A stretch of 64,000 nt of DNA from Acidimicrobiales bacterium. Its GTDB lineage: Bacteria; Actinomycetota; Acidimicrobiia; Acidimicrobiales; SHLQ01. Positions 32,562 through 41,572 of the stretch are shown here, piece by piece; position 1 is the stretch's first letter, and the number at the start of each line of letters is the position of its first letter. The translations under genes and the position numbers were made by a program. The stretch lies in contig OZ244202.1 in the NCBI GenBank assembly GCA_965216815.1, positions 1,233,762-1,297,761 of the forward strand, written 5' to 3'. The notes under the pieces were generated by a model. The model made no database searches. It saw only the letters and a list, made by a program, of their open reading frames with translations, and was not told the DNA's origin.

Positions 32562-34043
32562 ATGAACTTCACGTCGGTCCTCGACGGCGCCAGCGATGAT
32601 GCGGTCGCGCTCGAGCATCACTCGGTGTCGGTCACCTACCGAGAACTGCGCGATCGCGTCGCCGCCGCTGCGGCACAGCTCGTGTCGCTCGGCGTCGAGC
32701 CCGGCGACCGCGTAGCCATCGCATGCGCGAACACCCCTACCTTCGTGGCCGGGTTCTTCGCAATCACGCACATCGGCGCGGTCGCCGTGCCCCTCAACCC
32801 CGCGAGTCCGGGTCCGGAGATCGCGAGGGAATTGTCGGTCGTCGACGCCAGGGCCATCATCGTCGGTCCCCGCTGCGCGCCTGCTCTCGCCGGCACCGAA
32901 TTGGCTGTCGAGTATCGACTCGTGCCGGCCGGTGTCGAGTTCGCCGACGCGGTCACGATCGAGGTCGAGCGCCCGGACGATCCGCCCGAGCGCCATGACG
33001 CTTCGGCCGACGACGTCGCTGTGCTCATGTTCACGAGTGGCACGGCGGGAGCTCCACAAGCAGCCGAGCTGACCCACGGCAACCTCTTGGCGAACCTCGA
33101 CCAGATGGGCGCACATCCCGGCGGGCTGGACGACGAGCCTCAGATCGTGCTCGGCGCGCTCCCGTTCAGCCACATCTACGGCCTCACGATGGTGCTCGGG
33201 TTCACGCTTCGGCGCGGCGGCACCGTTGTGCTGATGGAGCGCTTCGATGCCAGCTCGGCTCTCGCAGCGATCGACGACGCGGCGGTGACCGTCGTAGCCG
33301 GTGCACCGGCGATGTGGGCTGCGTTCGCGTCGTTGCCAGAGTTCGATTCTGCCGCCTTCGGAAGTGTCAAGACTGCCGTCTCCGGCGCAGCGGCCCTGCC
33401 CCCCGAAGTGCACGCGGCGGTCCTCGAGCGTTTCGGAGTCGATGTCCGGGAGGGCTACGGGTTGACCGAGGCTGCGCCGGCGGTCACGAGTGCGGTCGGT
33501 ACTGAAGCGCCTCCTGGTTCGGTCGGTCGTCCGCTCCCGGGTGTCGAGGTTCGACTCGTCGATGAGTCGGGCGACGACGCTCTCATAGGTGACGCCGGAG
33601 AGCTGTGGGTGAGGGGCCCAAACGTTTTCCACGGCTATTTCGGCGCCGATCCAACCGAGGACTCGCCGGTCGACTCCGACGGATGGCTCCATACCGGTGA
33701 CGTCGCGATCGTCGACGAGAACGGATTTCTATATCTCGTCGACCGGCAGAAGGACCTGATCATCGTCTCGGGGTTCAACGTCCACCCGTCCGAGGTCGAG
33801 GAGATCTTGCGGCTGCACCCCGGCATCGAAGATGCCGGGGTGGTCGGAGCGCCCGATGCGAACACCGGGGAAACGGTGCACGCAGCCGTCGTCGTCGCGG
33901 ACGGCACCGTGCTCGAGGTCGAGCAGGTGATCGACCACTGCGCGGCGCACCTCGCGACCTACAAGTGCCCAACGGCTGTGGAGTTCGTCGACAGCGTGCC
34001 TCGTTCCGCGAGTGGCAAGCTCGTCCGCCGCGCCCTTCGCTGA
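32562..34043 (+). CDS. AMP-dependent acyl-CoA synthetase/ligase (FadD-like)
   Basis: ORF 32562..34043. Motifs 'MFTSGTAGAPQAA', 'GYGLTEAAP', 'WLHTGDVAIVDENGFLYLVDRQKDLI', C-terminal 'SASGKLVRR'. Confidence 0.85.
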   Translation: MNFTSVLDGASDDAVALEHHSVSVTYRELRDRVAAAAAQLVSLGVEPGDRVAIACANTPTFVAGFFAITHIGAVAVPLNPASPGPEIARELSVVDARAIIVGPRCAPALAGTELAVEYRLVPAGVEFADAVTIEVERPDDPPERHDASADDVAVLMFTSGTAGAPQAAELTHGNLLANLDQMGAHPGGLDDEPQIVLGALPFSHIYGLTMVLGFTLRRGGTVVLMERFDASSALAAIDDAAVTVVAGAPAMWAAFASLPEFDSAAFGSVKTAVSGAAALPPEVHAAVLERFGVDVREGYGLTEAAPAVTSAVGTEAPPGSVGRPLPGVEVRLVDESGDDALIGDAGELWVRGPNVFHGYFGADPTEDSPVDSDGWLHTGDVAIVDENGFLYLVDRQKDLIIVSGFNVHPSEVEEILRLHPGIEDAGVVGAPDANTGETVHAAVVVADGTVLEVEQVIDHCAAHLATYKCPTAVEFVDSVPRSASGKLVRRALR

Positions 34044-34070
34044 CGTCACCGCCAAACTACGGTTGGGTTC

Positions 34071-34616
34071 GTGCGCGGCATGGGGTTCTTTCACGGCACC
34101 CGCATCGGTAGGGCGATCACCGGTGTCCTGACCGTCGTCATCGTCGGTGCCGTGCTGTTGTGGAACATCCCAGACCCCGACGTGCGCGCCAGCGCGCAGG
34201 ATCGTGTACGGCCCGTCGTGAACGCGCTGGTCCTCAATCAGGGGTGGGGGCTGTTCGCGCCGAACCCGACCAGGACCTCGGCGCGCGTCTACGCCGAGGT
34301 CACCTTCGACGACGGATCCACCCTCGAGTACGACTTCCCCGATGGCGACCCGTTCGTGGGTGCGTTGCGCGAGTACCACTGGCGAAAGGTCGAGCGTCGG
34401 CTGAGGCAGGACAAGAACCGGTCGCTGTGGCGGCCGACTGCCGAGTGGATAGCCGAGCGCCTCTCCGACGACGACCGGACGGTGACCACCGTCGAGCTGT
34501 ACCGCCAGGAGGCGCGGACTCCCGACGCCGGATCGGGCGCTCCGCTCGTATGGGAGATCGAGCGGTTCTTCACCTATCGACGCCCGGTCGGGTCGTCGCC
34601 AGAGGGAGGCCGCTGA
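34071..34616 (+). CDS. membrane-anchored hypothetical protein, partner of the downstream HTTM protein
   Basis: ORF 34071..34616. One N-terminal TM segment, 'NQGWGLFAPNP'. It ends 1 nt before the HTTM gene. It resembles the small proteins paired with SdpB/HTTM-family genes (inference). Confidence 0.5.
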   Translation: MRGMGFFHGTRIGRAITGVLTVVIVGAVLLWNIPDPDVRASAQDRVRPVVNALVLNQGWGLFAPNPTRTSARVYAEVTFDDGSTLEYDFPDGDPFVGALREYHWRKVERRLRQDKNRSLWRPTAEWIAERLSDDDRTVTTVELYRQEARTPDAGSGAPLVWEIERFFTYRRPVGSSPEGGR

Positions 34617-34617
34617 C

Positions 34618-35577
34618 GTGACCGACCTCGCAGCTGCCCCCGCCGAGACGCCCACGCGCTGGGCGAGGTTCTCAGGGGCTCTCAGTCGGTTTTGGTTCGC
34701 TCCGATGCGCGCGTCCACCTTTGTGTTGTTCCGCTCAGCGCTCGCGGTGACGGTCCTGGTGTGGATGATCGCCTTGTTGCCCGACCTGAAGACGTTCTTC
34801 GGTGAGTCCGGCTTGAGGCCCAACCCGATCTACGCCGAGTTCCGCTACGGGTTGTTCCAGTGGTTCCAGTCCGACACGGCGTTGGTGGTCGTCTATGTCT
34901 CGACACTCGTTGCGGCATCGATGGTGCTCGCAGGTCGACTCGTGCGCGTCGCCGCGCCTGCGATGTGGGTGGGGGTGATGTCGTTCCAGCTCGACAACCT
35001 GTCGATACTCAACGCGGGCGACGAGCTGCTGCGGATCTGGTGCGCCTACTTCGCCATCTATGCGCTGATCACGCCGAACGCGATCACGAGCCGATCGCTC
35101 GGATCCCTCTTCGGACCGGACCGCGACGACGCGGTTGCACCGATGTGGCTGCTGCGTGTCGTGCAGATACAGATGACGATCATCTATCCCGCGTCGGTGA
35201 TCGCCAAGCTCGACGGCGACCGCTGGCACGACGGCACGGCCGCCCTCTATGCCTTCCAGCTCGAGGACTTCAAGCGGTTCTGGGTGCCCGATGTGGTGGC
35301 CGACAACCTCGTTGTCGGCTGGGTGCTCACCTACGGAACGCTCCTGCTCGAGGTCCTGATCCCGGTCATGTTGTGGATCCCCCGCACCCGCCGTGTTGCG
35401 ATCGTCGCAGGGATCGCGTTGCACGTGGGCTTCGACTACGCCATGCGACTCGGCTTCTTCGCCTGGTCGATGACGATCGGCTACATCGCGTTCCTGACGG
35501 CCTCGGAGGCCGACTGGGTGCTCCGCAGGCTTCCGTTCAGCCGGACGCGAGTCCGTCGCGCGGCAAGACAACGGTGA
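34618..35577 (+). CDS. HTTM-domain (vitamin K-dependent gamma-carboxylase-like / SdpB-like) membrane protein
   Basis: ORF 34618..35577. 'FWFAPMRASTFVLFRSALAVTVLVWM' and polytopic, typical of the HTTM family. Confidence 0.8.
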   Translation: MTDLAAAPAETPTRWARFSGALSRFWFAPMRASTFVLFRSALAVTVLVWMIALLPDLKTFFGESGLRPNPIYAEFRYGLFQWFQSDTALVVVYVSTLVAASMVLAGRLVRVAAPAMWVGVMSFQLDNLSILNAGDELLRIWCAYFAIYALITPNAITSRSLGSLFGPDRDDAVAPMWLLRVVQIQMTIIYPASVIAKLDGDRWHDGTAALYAFQLEDFKRFWVPDVVADNLVVGWVLTYGTLLLEVLIPVMLWIPRTRRVAIVAGIALHVGFDYAMRLGFFAWSMTIGYIAFLTASEADWVLRRLPFSRTRVRRAARQR

Positions 35578-36847
35578 AGACGGTGCCGACCCCGACCTCG
35601 CTGTCGACGTCGATCGAGCCCCCGTGCGCACGCACGAACTCCGCCGCGATCGCCAAGCCGAGTCCGCTGCCCCCGGTCGATCGGCTGCGCGATGCGTCGA
35701 CACGTGAGAACCGGTCGAAGATGCGCGGTAGCTCCTCGGCGGGGATACCACAGCCGGTGTCGCGCACGTCGACAGCGATGCGATCGGAGTCCTCGACGCT
35801 CATGGTCACCGATCCTCCCGCCTCGGTGTGTTCGATCGCGCTGGCGACGAGGTTGGTGAGCATCTGCTGAATGCGGTGGTCGTCGACGAAGGCCATCGCC
35901 CCCGTCGTGTCTTCGCAGCCAGCGTGACGCCCGCGGCATCGGCTGCCGGTCGGCTGACCGAAGCCACCCGCTCTACTAGATCACCGATGTCGCAGTTCGC
36001 TCGGCGAAGCTGGAGCCGCCCTGCATCGGCCAGGGAGAGCTGCTGCAGGTCGTCGACAAGCCTCTAGAGTCTCGTCACCTCGTCGTGGAGCAGATCGACC
36101 GTCTCCGGAGCCGGTTCGACCACCCTGTCCTGTACCCCTCGAGATACCCACGAAGGTTGGAAAGCGGCGTGCGCAGCTCGTGGGCGACGTCGGTCGTCAA
36201 TCTACGCCGCGCCTGATCCTCCGACTGCAGCGACGAGGCCATGTCGTTGAACGCCGTGCCGAGTAGTTCGAGCTCGGTAGCCCCGCCGACCTCGACGCGC
36301 GTCGCGAGGTCACCGGTCGACATGCGCCGCGCCGCCCCGGTCAACGACTCGATTGGCTCGACGATTCGACGCGCTAGGAGCACGGTCGCAGCGGCAGCAG
36401 CTGCGACGACGCCGGCGACGGCGATCCAGAACCAGGCGGATCGTCCCGAGGTGAATGGGCTGGCAGTATCGGAGCCGATGCCGACGAACAGCTGCAGCGG
36501 CGGTGCGGTGACAGCGCCGCCGAAGTCGGGTGGGATCGAGACCAGCTCCTCGTCGAGCGGGGGCCGCCCGGGAGGAACTGTTCAGGTGGGATCTCGAACT
36601 CGATCAGCGTGCTCGACGGATCGACGATGGTCGCTTCGCGGGGAAGCGGTTGTGGCTCTCCGTCGACCAGCAGTGCGCTGTCGGCCAGTACGTCGCCGTC
36701 CAGTGTTGCTACGGCGATGCGTTCGTCGAAGGCGCGGGCCAGCGCCTCGACCTCGGTCTCGACACCGATCCAGCTGGCACGATCGTGCCCGTAGAACGCG
36801 AGCGAGTCGCGGATGATGATCTCAGCATCGAGGTCGCTTTCGAGCGA
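35537..36847 (-). pseudogene. decayed sensor histidine kinase (sensor domain, TM2, HAMP, HisKA, HATPase_c) with 3 frameshifts and 1 in-frame stop
   Basis: Fragments: ORF 35537..35896 (HATPase 'DTGCGIP', 'GGSGLGLAIA'), ORF 36075..36383 (HAMP plus H-box 'DVAHELRTPL') and the tail of ORF 36374..37330 (sensor domain). Frameshifts fall at homopolymers 35899-35903, 36135-36138 and 36559-36563. An in-frame TAG sits at 36064-36066 ('EVTRL*RLVDDLQQLSLADAG'). TM1 and the N-terminus are missing. Confidence 0.65.
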
Positions 36848-37330
36848 GCGGTCGAACCCGTCGTAGTCGAACCCGAACGCCGCTTCGAACAGTTCTTTGC
36901 GGGAGAACGCCCGTCCCGGATCTGCGGCGACTGTCGCGAGGATTGCGAACTCCTTCGGAGTCGTGACCACCGGGGTTCCGTCGATCGCCACCTCATGGCG
37001 TGATCGGTCGACCACCAACGTGCCGGCGACGAGCGACCGGGCTGTCTCGCGGCTGTTCGTGCGGCGCAACAGCGTCCTAACTCGTGCCACCAACTCGCGT
37101 GGACTGAATGGCTTGGCGACGTAGTCGTCGGCCCCGAGATCGAGCCCGAGAAGCATGTCGTCCTCGGTCGAGCGGGCGGTCAACATGATGATCGGGACCT
37201 CGCTCTCGTGGCGCAGAACGCGACAGACGTCGAGCCCGTCGACCTTCGGCATCATGACGTCGAGCAACACAAGGTCGGGCTCCCGACGCCGAGCCTGATC
37301 GATTGCGGCTCGACCGTCACCAACGACCAC
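36848..37330 (-). pseudogene. remnant of an OmpR-family response regulator, truncated at both ends
   Basis: 'VVVGDGRAAIDQARRREPDLVLLDVMMPKVDGL...MLTARSTEDD...DDYVAKPFSPRELVARV' followed by 'TPKEFAILATVAADPGRAFSRKELFEAAFGFDYDGFDR'. The beta1/acidic-pocket N-terminus is absent and repeat copy 2 sits in its place. The recognition helix and wing are absent and the frame runs straight into kinase sensor-domain sequence. Confidence 0.6.
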
Positions 37331-37338
37331 GACACTGT

Positions 37339-37494
37339 GGCCGCGCGGTTGGGTGCCTAAGCCCGAACCACATGGGTGTCAGGCACCGAGCTCAAGGCGC
37401 GCTGAGCCCAAGATTGCTACGAGCTCGGTGCCTGACACCGCTGCATTGGCGCTTTCAGTCAGGCGTCAGGTGGTCACTTATCCGCTAACGCTCC
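37339..37494 (+). repeat. ~155-bp intergenic repeat element, copy 2 (19-bp perfect stem 37375-37393 / 37421-37439)
   Basis: Aligns with 15254..15406 over its full length. It abuts the truncated 5' end of the response-regulator remnant. Confidence 0.85.
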
Positions 37495-37550
37495 CGACAC
37501 CATGGTGGTTCGGACTCGCACGGGTAATCCGCGCGGTCTCCTGACACCGG

Positions 37551-38025
37551 TTACGCGGATTCGGCGACCGGCGGGCAGAACTCCATGACGACCTCACCGC
37601 AGTCTTCGGGCAGCTCGTCGCCGTACCGTTCCGCGAAGAACTCGTCGACGAGCTCCCATGTGGCTTCGTCGGTGTTCTCGTCGAAGACCGGGAAGCGGAT
37701 GCCGAGCTCGTCGTTTTCGACTTCGACGGTGATGCCGTTGGCGGCGAGGTGGGCGACGAGTTCGTCGGTCTCCTTGTTGAGCTCAGCGAGCTCTTCGGCC
37801 GATGGTTCCCAACCCCGGGGGGTATCTCGCATTCGATGATGCCCCGCCCGGTGGGTGGTCGACGGGAGGGGCCACATTCGGTGGTGGCTCGTTGGCGTCG
37901 GTCGTCGTCGGTGGCGATTCGATCTGGGGATCGTCCTGGGCCAACGACGGCCCGGCCAGAGCGACGAAACCGAACGAAGCGGCCGCGACTCCCGCAGCGG
38001 CGATCCTGAAACGGTTGACTGGCAT
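37551..38025 (-). pseudogene. secreted acidic protein split by a frameshift in a C4G6 run (or an assembly error)
   Basis: ATG at 38025 follows an 'AAGGAG' SD. Signal peptide and Pro-rich linker 'MPVNRFRIAAAGVAAASFGFVALAGPSLAQ...PPGGAS' are in one frame (tail of ORF 37783..38805). The acidic domain 'WEPSAEELAELNKETDELVAHLAANGITVEVEND...' is in another (ORF 37551..38129). The junction is at 37813-37822. Confidence 0.5.
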
Positions 38026-38141
38026 GGGTTTACTCCTTCTTCGGGGGATGGCCCGAGAGTGCGGGATCGGATGTGAAGAAGTGATGTGGAAGCCGTGTGG
38101 ATCCATGTGTTCCCCGGACGGCGGACCACCGAGAACCACTA

Positions 38142-38159
38142 TGTGAATTCGTGCACGAA
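38142..38159 (+). promoter_or_regulatory. Rex-operator-like inverted repeat upstream of rex
   Basis: 'TGTGAATTCGTGCACGAA' compared with the Rex box TTGTGAA-N4-TTCACAA. It lies 20 nt before the rex GTG. A 'TACCGT' -10-like hexamer sits at 38166-38171. Confidence 0.45.
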
Positions 38160-38178
38160 CCTCGTTACCGTTGGGTTC

Positions 38179-38823
38179 GTGGGCGACGAACACGAGTCGA
38201 TTCCTGAGGTGACGGTTACGCGGCTTCCCGTGTACCGCCGTTGTCTGCTCGAGCTGAAGAGCGACGGGGTCGCCACCGTGTCCTCCGAGCGCCTCGCTTC
38301 GATGGCCGGGGTCAACGCAGCGAAGGTTCGCAAAGACCTCTCGTATCTCGGCTCCTACGGCACGCGCGGCGTCGGCTATGACGTCGATTTCCTGTTGTTC
38401 GAGGTCAGTAGGGAGCTCGGGCTGACCACCGACCGGCCCGTCGTCATCGTCGGGGCCGGCAACCTCGGGTCGGCCCTCGCGCGGTATTCGGGTTTCAACG
38501 ATCGCGGCTTCCCGGTGGAAGCGCTTCTCGACAACGACCCGGAGCGAATCGGACAACGCATCGGTTCGCTCGAAATCAACGATCTCGACGACATCGAAGC
38601 CGTCGTCGACCGCCACGACATTGCGATCGGGGTCATCGCCACGCCACCCGAGTCCGCCCAGGACGTGGCCGATCTTCTCGTCGGTGCTGGTGTTCGGTCC
38701 ATCCTCAATTTCGCACCGCGGCTGCTCGATCTCGACGAATCGGTGTCGGTGCGCCGCGTCGACCTCGCGACCGAGCTTCAGGTGCTCAGCTTCTACCAGC
38801 AGCACGGCGAGCCGGTGTCGTGA
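38179..38823 (+). CDS. rex: redox-sensing transcriptional repressor Rex
   Basis: GTG at 38179 within ORF 38086..38823. Motifs 'IPEVTVTRLPVYRR', 'KVRKDLSYLGSYGTRGVGYDV', Rossmann 'VVIVGAGNLGSAL', 'ILNFAP'. Confidence 0.85.
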   Translation: MGDEHESIPEVTVTRLPVYRRCLLELKSDGVATVSSERLASMAGVNAAKVRKDLSYLGSYGTRGVGYDVDFLLFEVSRELGLTTDRPVVIVGAGNLGSALARYSGFNDRGFPVEALLDNDPERIGQRIGSLEINDLDDIEAVVDRHDIAIGVIATPPESAQDVADLLVGAGVRSILNFAPRLLDLDESVSVRRVDLATELQVLSFYQQHGEPVS

Positions 38824-39431
38824 GTCGACCGGCCTTCCTCGTCGGGCTGCGGCTCGAGGGGCGAGCCGTGCTGGTTGTAGGCGCCGGTCGCGTGGCGCTC
38901 CGCAAGACGAACGAGCTGATCGACGCCGGAGCAGTGATCACGGTCGTCGCACCCCGCGTCGATCCCAGCTTCGCCGACCTCGACGTGGTCGTCGAGCGAC
39001 GGCGATACGAACGCGGCGAGGCGGCGGACTACTGGTTCGTCGTCACAGCTACCGATGACCCATCGGTCAACGAAGCCGTACATGCGGATGGCGTCGCCGC
39101 CTCGGTGTTCGTGAACGCAGCCGACGATCCTGCGAACTGCACCGCGATCCTGCCCGCCCGCCTTCGGCAGGGCGACCTGACGGTTGCGGTCTCGACGAAC
39201 GGCCGATCACCGGCGTTCGCGTCGTGGCTCAAAGGTCGTATCGGAGATCAGCTCGGACCGGAATATCATGTGCTGTTGGAAGTGTTGGCCGACGAGCGCG
39301 ACGCGATGATTTCTGCCGGCGAGTTCACAGAGGGACGGAGTTGGCAGGTCGCGCTCGAATCGGGAATTGTTGATCTGGTTCGGTCTGGTCGCCTCGACGA
39401 GGCCAGGGAGCTGTTGCGCGCGTGTCTGTAG
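38820..39431 (+). CDS. precorrin-2 dehydrogenase / sirohydrochlorin ferrochelatase (siroheme synthase N-terminal-domain type)
   Basis: ORF 38820..39431. GTG overlaps the rex stop. 'LEGRAVLVVGAGRVALRK' NAD-binding fold, 'AVSTNGRSPAFASWLK'. Confidence 0.8.
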   Translation: MSRPAFLVGLRLEGRAVLVVGAGRVALRKTNELIDAGAVITVVAPRVDPSFADLDVVVERRRYERGEAADYWFVVTATDDPSVNEAVHADGVAASVFVNAADDPANCTAILPARLRQGDLTVAVSTNGRSPAFASWLKGRIGDQLGPEYHVLLEVLADERDAMISAGEFTEGRSWQVALESGIVDLVRSGRLDEARELLRACL

Positions 39432-40672
39432 TGGTCATCGGTGTCAATCACCGCACAGCGAGTCTCGATCTGCTCGAGCGGCTCAACGTCGACGCCTCGC
39501 GCCTGCCGAAGGTTCTGCACGACCTCACCTCCCGTCCGCACATCTCCGAGGCCGTCGTTCTCTCGACGTGCAACCGCACCGAGGTCTACGTGCAGGCCGA
39601 GCGCTTCCACGGCGCGTTCGACGACGTCCGCGATGCGCTATGCGACTGGTCGCACCTGCCGCCCGAGGAGTTCGCCGATCACCTGACGACGCTCTATGAC
39701 GGCGACGCGATCGGGCATCTCTTCGACGTCGCCTGCGGTCTCGACTCCGCCGTGCTGGGTGAGCACGAGATCCTCGGCCAGGTTCGCAGTGCGTGGCAGG
39801 GAGCCGAGGACGAGGGCAGCGTCGGGTCGACGCTTCGCCCGGTGTTCCGCCACGCTCTCGAGGTCGGCAAGCGCGCCCGCACCGACACCGACATCTCGCG
39901 CAACGTCACGTCGGTGTCTCAGGCTGCGGTGGCCATGGCCGCGCAGCATCTCGGATCGTTGACCGAGCGAACCGTGCTCCTGATCGGTACCGGCGACATG
40001 GGTCAGGGCATGGCGACCGCCCTAGCTCGCAGCGGTGTCGGATCGCTCGTGGTTGCAAACAGGACCTTCGAGCACGCCGAGGGGCTCGCCGTGCGACTCG
40101 GCGGCGCCGCGGCCAGGCTCGACGATCTCTCCGACCACCTCGTCGCCGCCGACGTGTTGCTCACGTCGACCGGCGCGACCTCGTTGATGATCGAACACGC
40201 CACGATCGACGAAGTTCTGTCGCGCCGGGACGGGCGGCCGCTCCTCATCGTCGACATCGCCGTGCCGCGCGACGTCGATCCCGGCGCGGCCGACATCCCC
40301 GGGGTCACGTTGCTCGACATGGACGATCTCGGCGCTTTCGCCGAAGCGGGCGTCGCTGGTCGTCGGCGGGAGGTCGACGCAGTTCGGGCGATCATCGACG
40401 ACGAGGTCGAGCGCTACACGGCGATCGCTTCGGCACGCGAGCTCGATCCACTCATCACCGTCTTCCGAAGGAAGGTCACCGAAATCGCCGAGGCCGAGGC
40501 GGGCCTCCACGGAGCCGAGCTGTCCGACGGGGACCGTGAAGCGCTGCGGCGTTCGGTTCGCGCATCGGTGAACAAGATGCTTCATGAACCAACCGTCGCT
40601 CTGAAGAAGGCCGCAGGCACCGCGCGCGGCGAGCGTCTCGCCGACGCACTGCGTGATCTCTTCGATCTCTGA
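39422..40672 (+). CDS. hemA: glutamyl-tRNA reductase
   Basis: ORF 39422..40672. Motifs 'VIGVNHRTASLDLLERL', 'VLSTCNRTEVY', 'VLLIGTGDMG'. Confidence 0.95.
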   Translation: MSVVVIGVNHRTASLDLLERLNVDASRLPKVLHDLTSRPHISEAVVLSTCNRTEVYVQAERFHGAFDDVRDALCDWSHLPPEEFADHLTTLYDGDAIGHLFDVACGLDSAVLGEHEILGQVRSAWQGAEDEGSVGSTLRPVFRHALEVGKRARTDTDISRNVTSVSQAAVAMAAQHLGSLTERTVLLIGTGDMGQGMATALARSGVGSLVVANRTFEHAEGLAVRLGGAAARLDDLSDHLVAADVLLTSTGATSLMIEHATIDEVLSRRDGRPLLIVDIAVPRDVDPGAADIPGVTLLDMDDLGAFAEAGVAGRRREVDAVRAIIDDEVERYTAIASARELDPLITVFRRKVTEIAEAEAGLHGAELSDGDREALRRSVRASVNKMLHEPTVALKKAAGTARGERLADALRDLFDL

Positions 40673-40693
40673 GCGCGTACTGCTCGACGGCGG

Positions 40694-41572
40694 TTGCCGG
40701 TGAATCGTGTGCGCGCAGCCACGCGTGGCAGCGCCCTCGCGCTCTGGCAGACCCGCCACATAGCGTCGCTGCTTGCGGCCGATGATCCGGAGCTGATGGT
40801 CGAGGAGATAGTGGTCTCGACATCGGGTGACCGCCGTCTTGACGTCGCGATCGCCGATATCGGCGGTAAAGGGGTGTTTGTCAAGGAGGTGCAGTCCGCG
40901 GTACTCGAAGGGCGAGCCGACATCGCGGTTCACAGTGGCAAGGATCTTCCGGCCGTCACACCCGAAGGTTTGGTCATCGCCGCGGTTCCCGAGAGGGCCG
41001 ACCCCCGCGATGTGCTGATCGGGCTCCCGCTCGACGGCCTCGCCACTGGCGCCGTCATCGCCACCGGCTCCGCGCGTCGACGAGTACAGCTCGCTGCGCT
41101 CTGTTCGGGACTCGTGTTCGAGGAGCTGCGCGGCAACATCGAAACGCGGCTCGCCCGCGCAGACGAGTTCGATGCGATCGTTCTCGCAGCTGCGGGACTC
41201 GACCGGCTGGGAGCGACGCCGCCCAACTCCGAGGCGATTCCGGTCGACGCGATGGTGCCGCAGGTCGCGCAAGCCGCGCTCGTCGTGGAGTGTCGTGCCG
41301 ATGACCAAGCGATGCAACGACGTCTGGCGAGCATCGAACACGCAGAGTCCCGACGATGCGTCGACGCCGAGCGGGCGTTTCTCGCGAGGCTTGGCGGCGA
41401 CTGCTCGATGCCGGCCGGAGCGCACACCGTGATCGAGCGCGATCGGCTTCGCTGCACCGGGGTGCTGGCCGGTGATTCGCGGTCGCTGCCGCACCGGGTG
41501 GTCGAGACCGGAGACGACCCCGTCGCACTCGGCACGGCGGTCGCCGAACGCCTGCTCAGGGCTATCGGATGA
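40694..41572 (+). CDS. hemC: hydroxymethylbilane synthase (porphobilinogen deaminase)
   Basis: ORF 40694..41572. Motifs 'RGSALALWQT', 'TSGDR', 'GGKGVFVKE', 'HSGKDLP', 'RGNIETRL', 'LGGDCSMP'. Confidence 0.95.
   Translation: MPVNRVRAATRGSALALWQTRHIASLLAADDPELMVEEIVVSTSGDRRLDVAIADIGGKGVFVKEVQSAVLEGRADIAVHSGKDLPAVTPEGLVIAAVPERADPRDVLIGLPLDGLATGAVIATGSARRRVQLAALCSGLVFEELRGNIETRLARADEFDAIVLAAAGLDRLGATPPNSEAIPVDAMVPQVAQAALVVECRADDQAMQRRLASIEHAESRRCVDAERAFLARLGGDCSMPAGAHTVIERDRLRCTGVLAGDSRSLPHRVVETGDDPVALGTAVAERLLRAIG

Noticed and set aside
40022-41494. 490-aa minus-strand ORF antisense to hemA and hemC.
   Set aside because: hemA and hemC on the plus strand have full-length family signatures. The antisense product is low-complexity.
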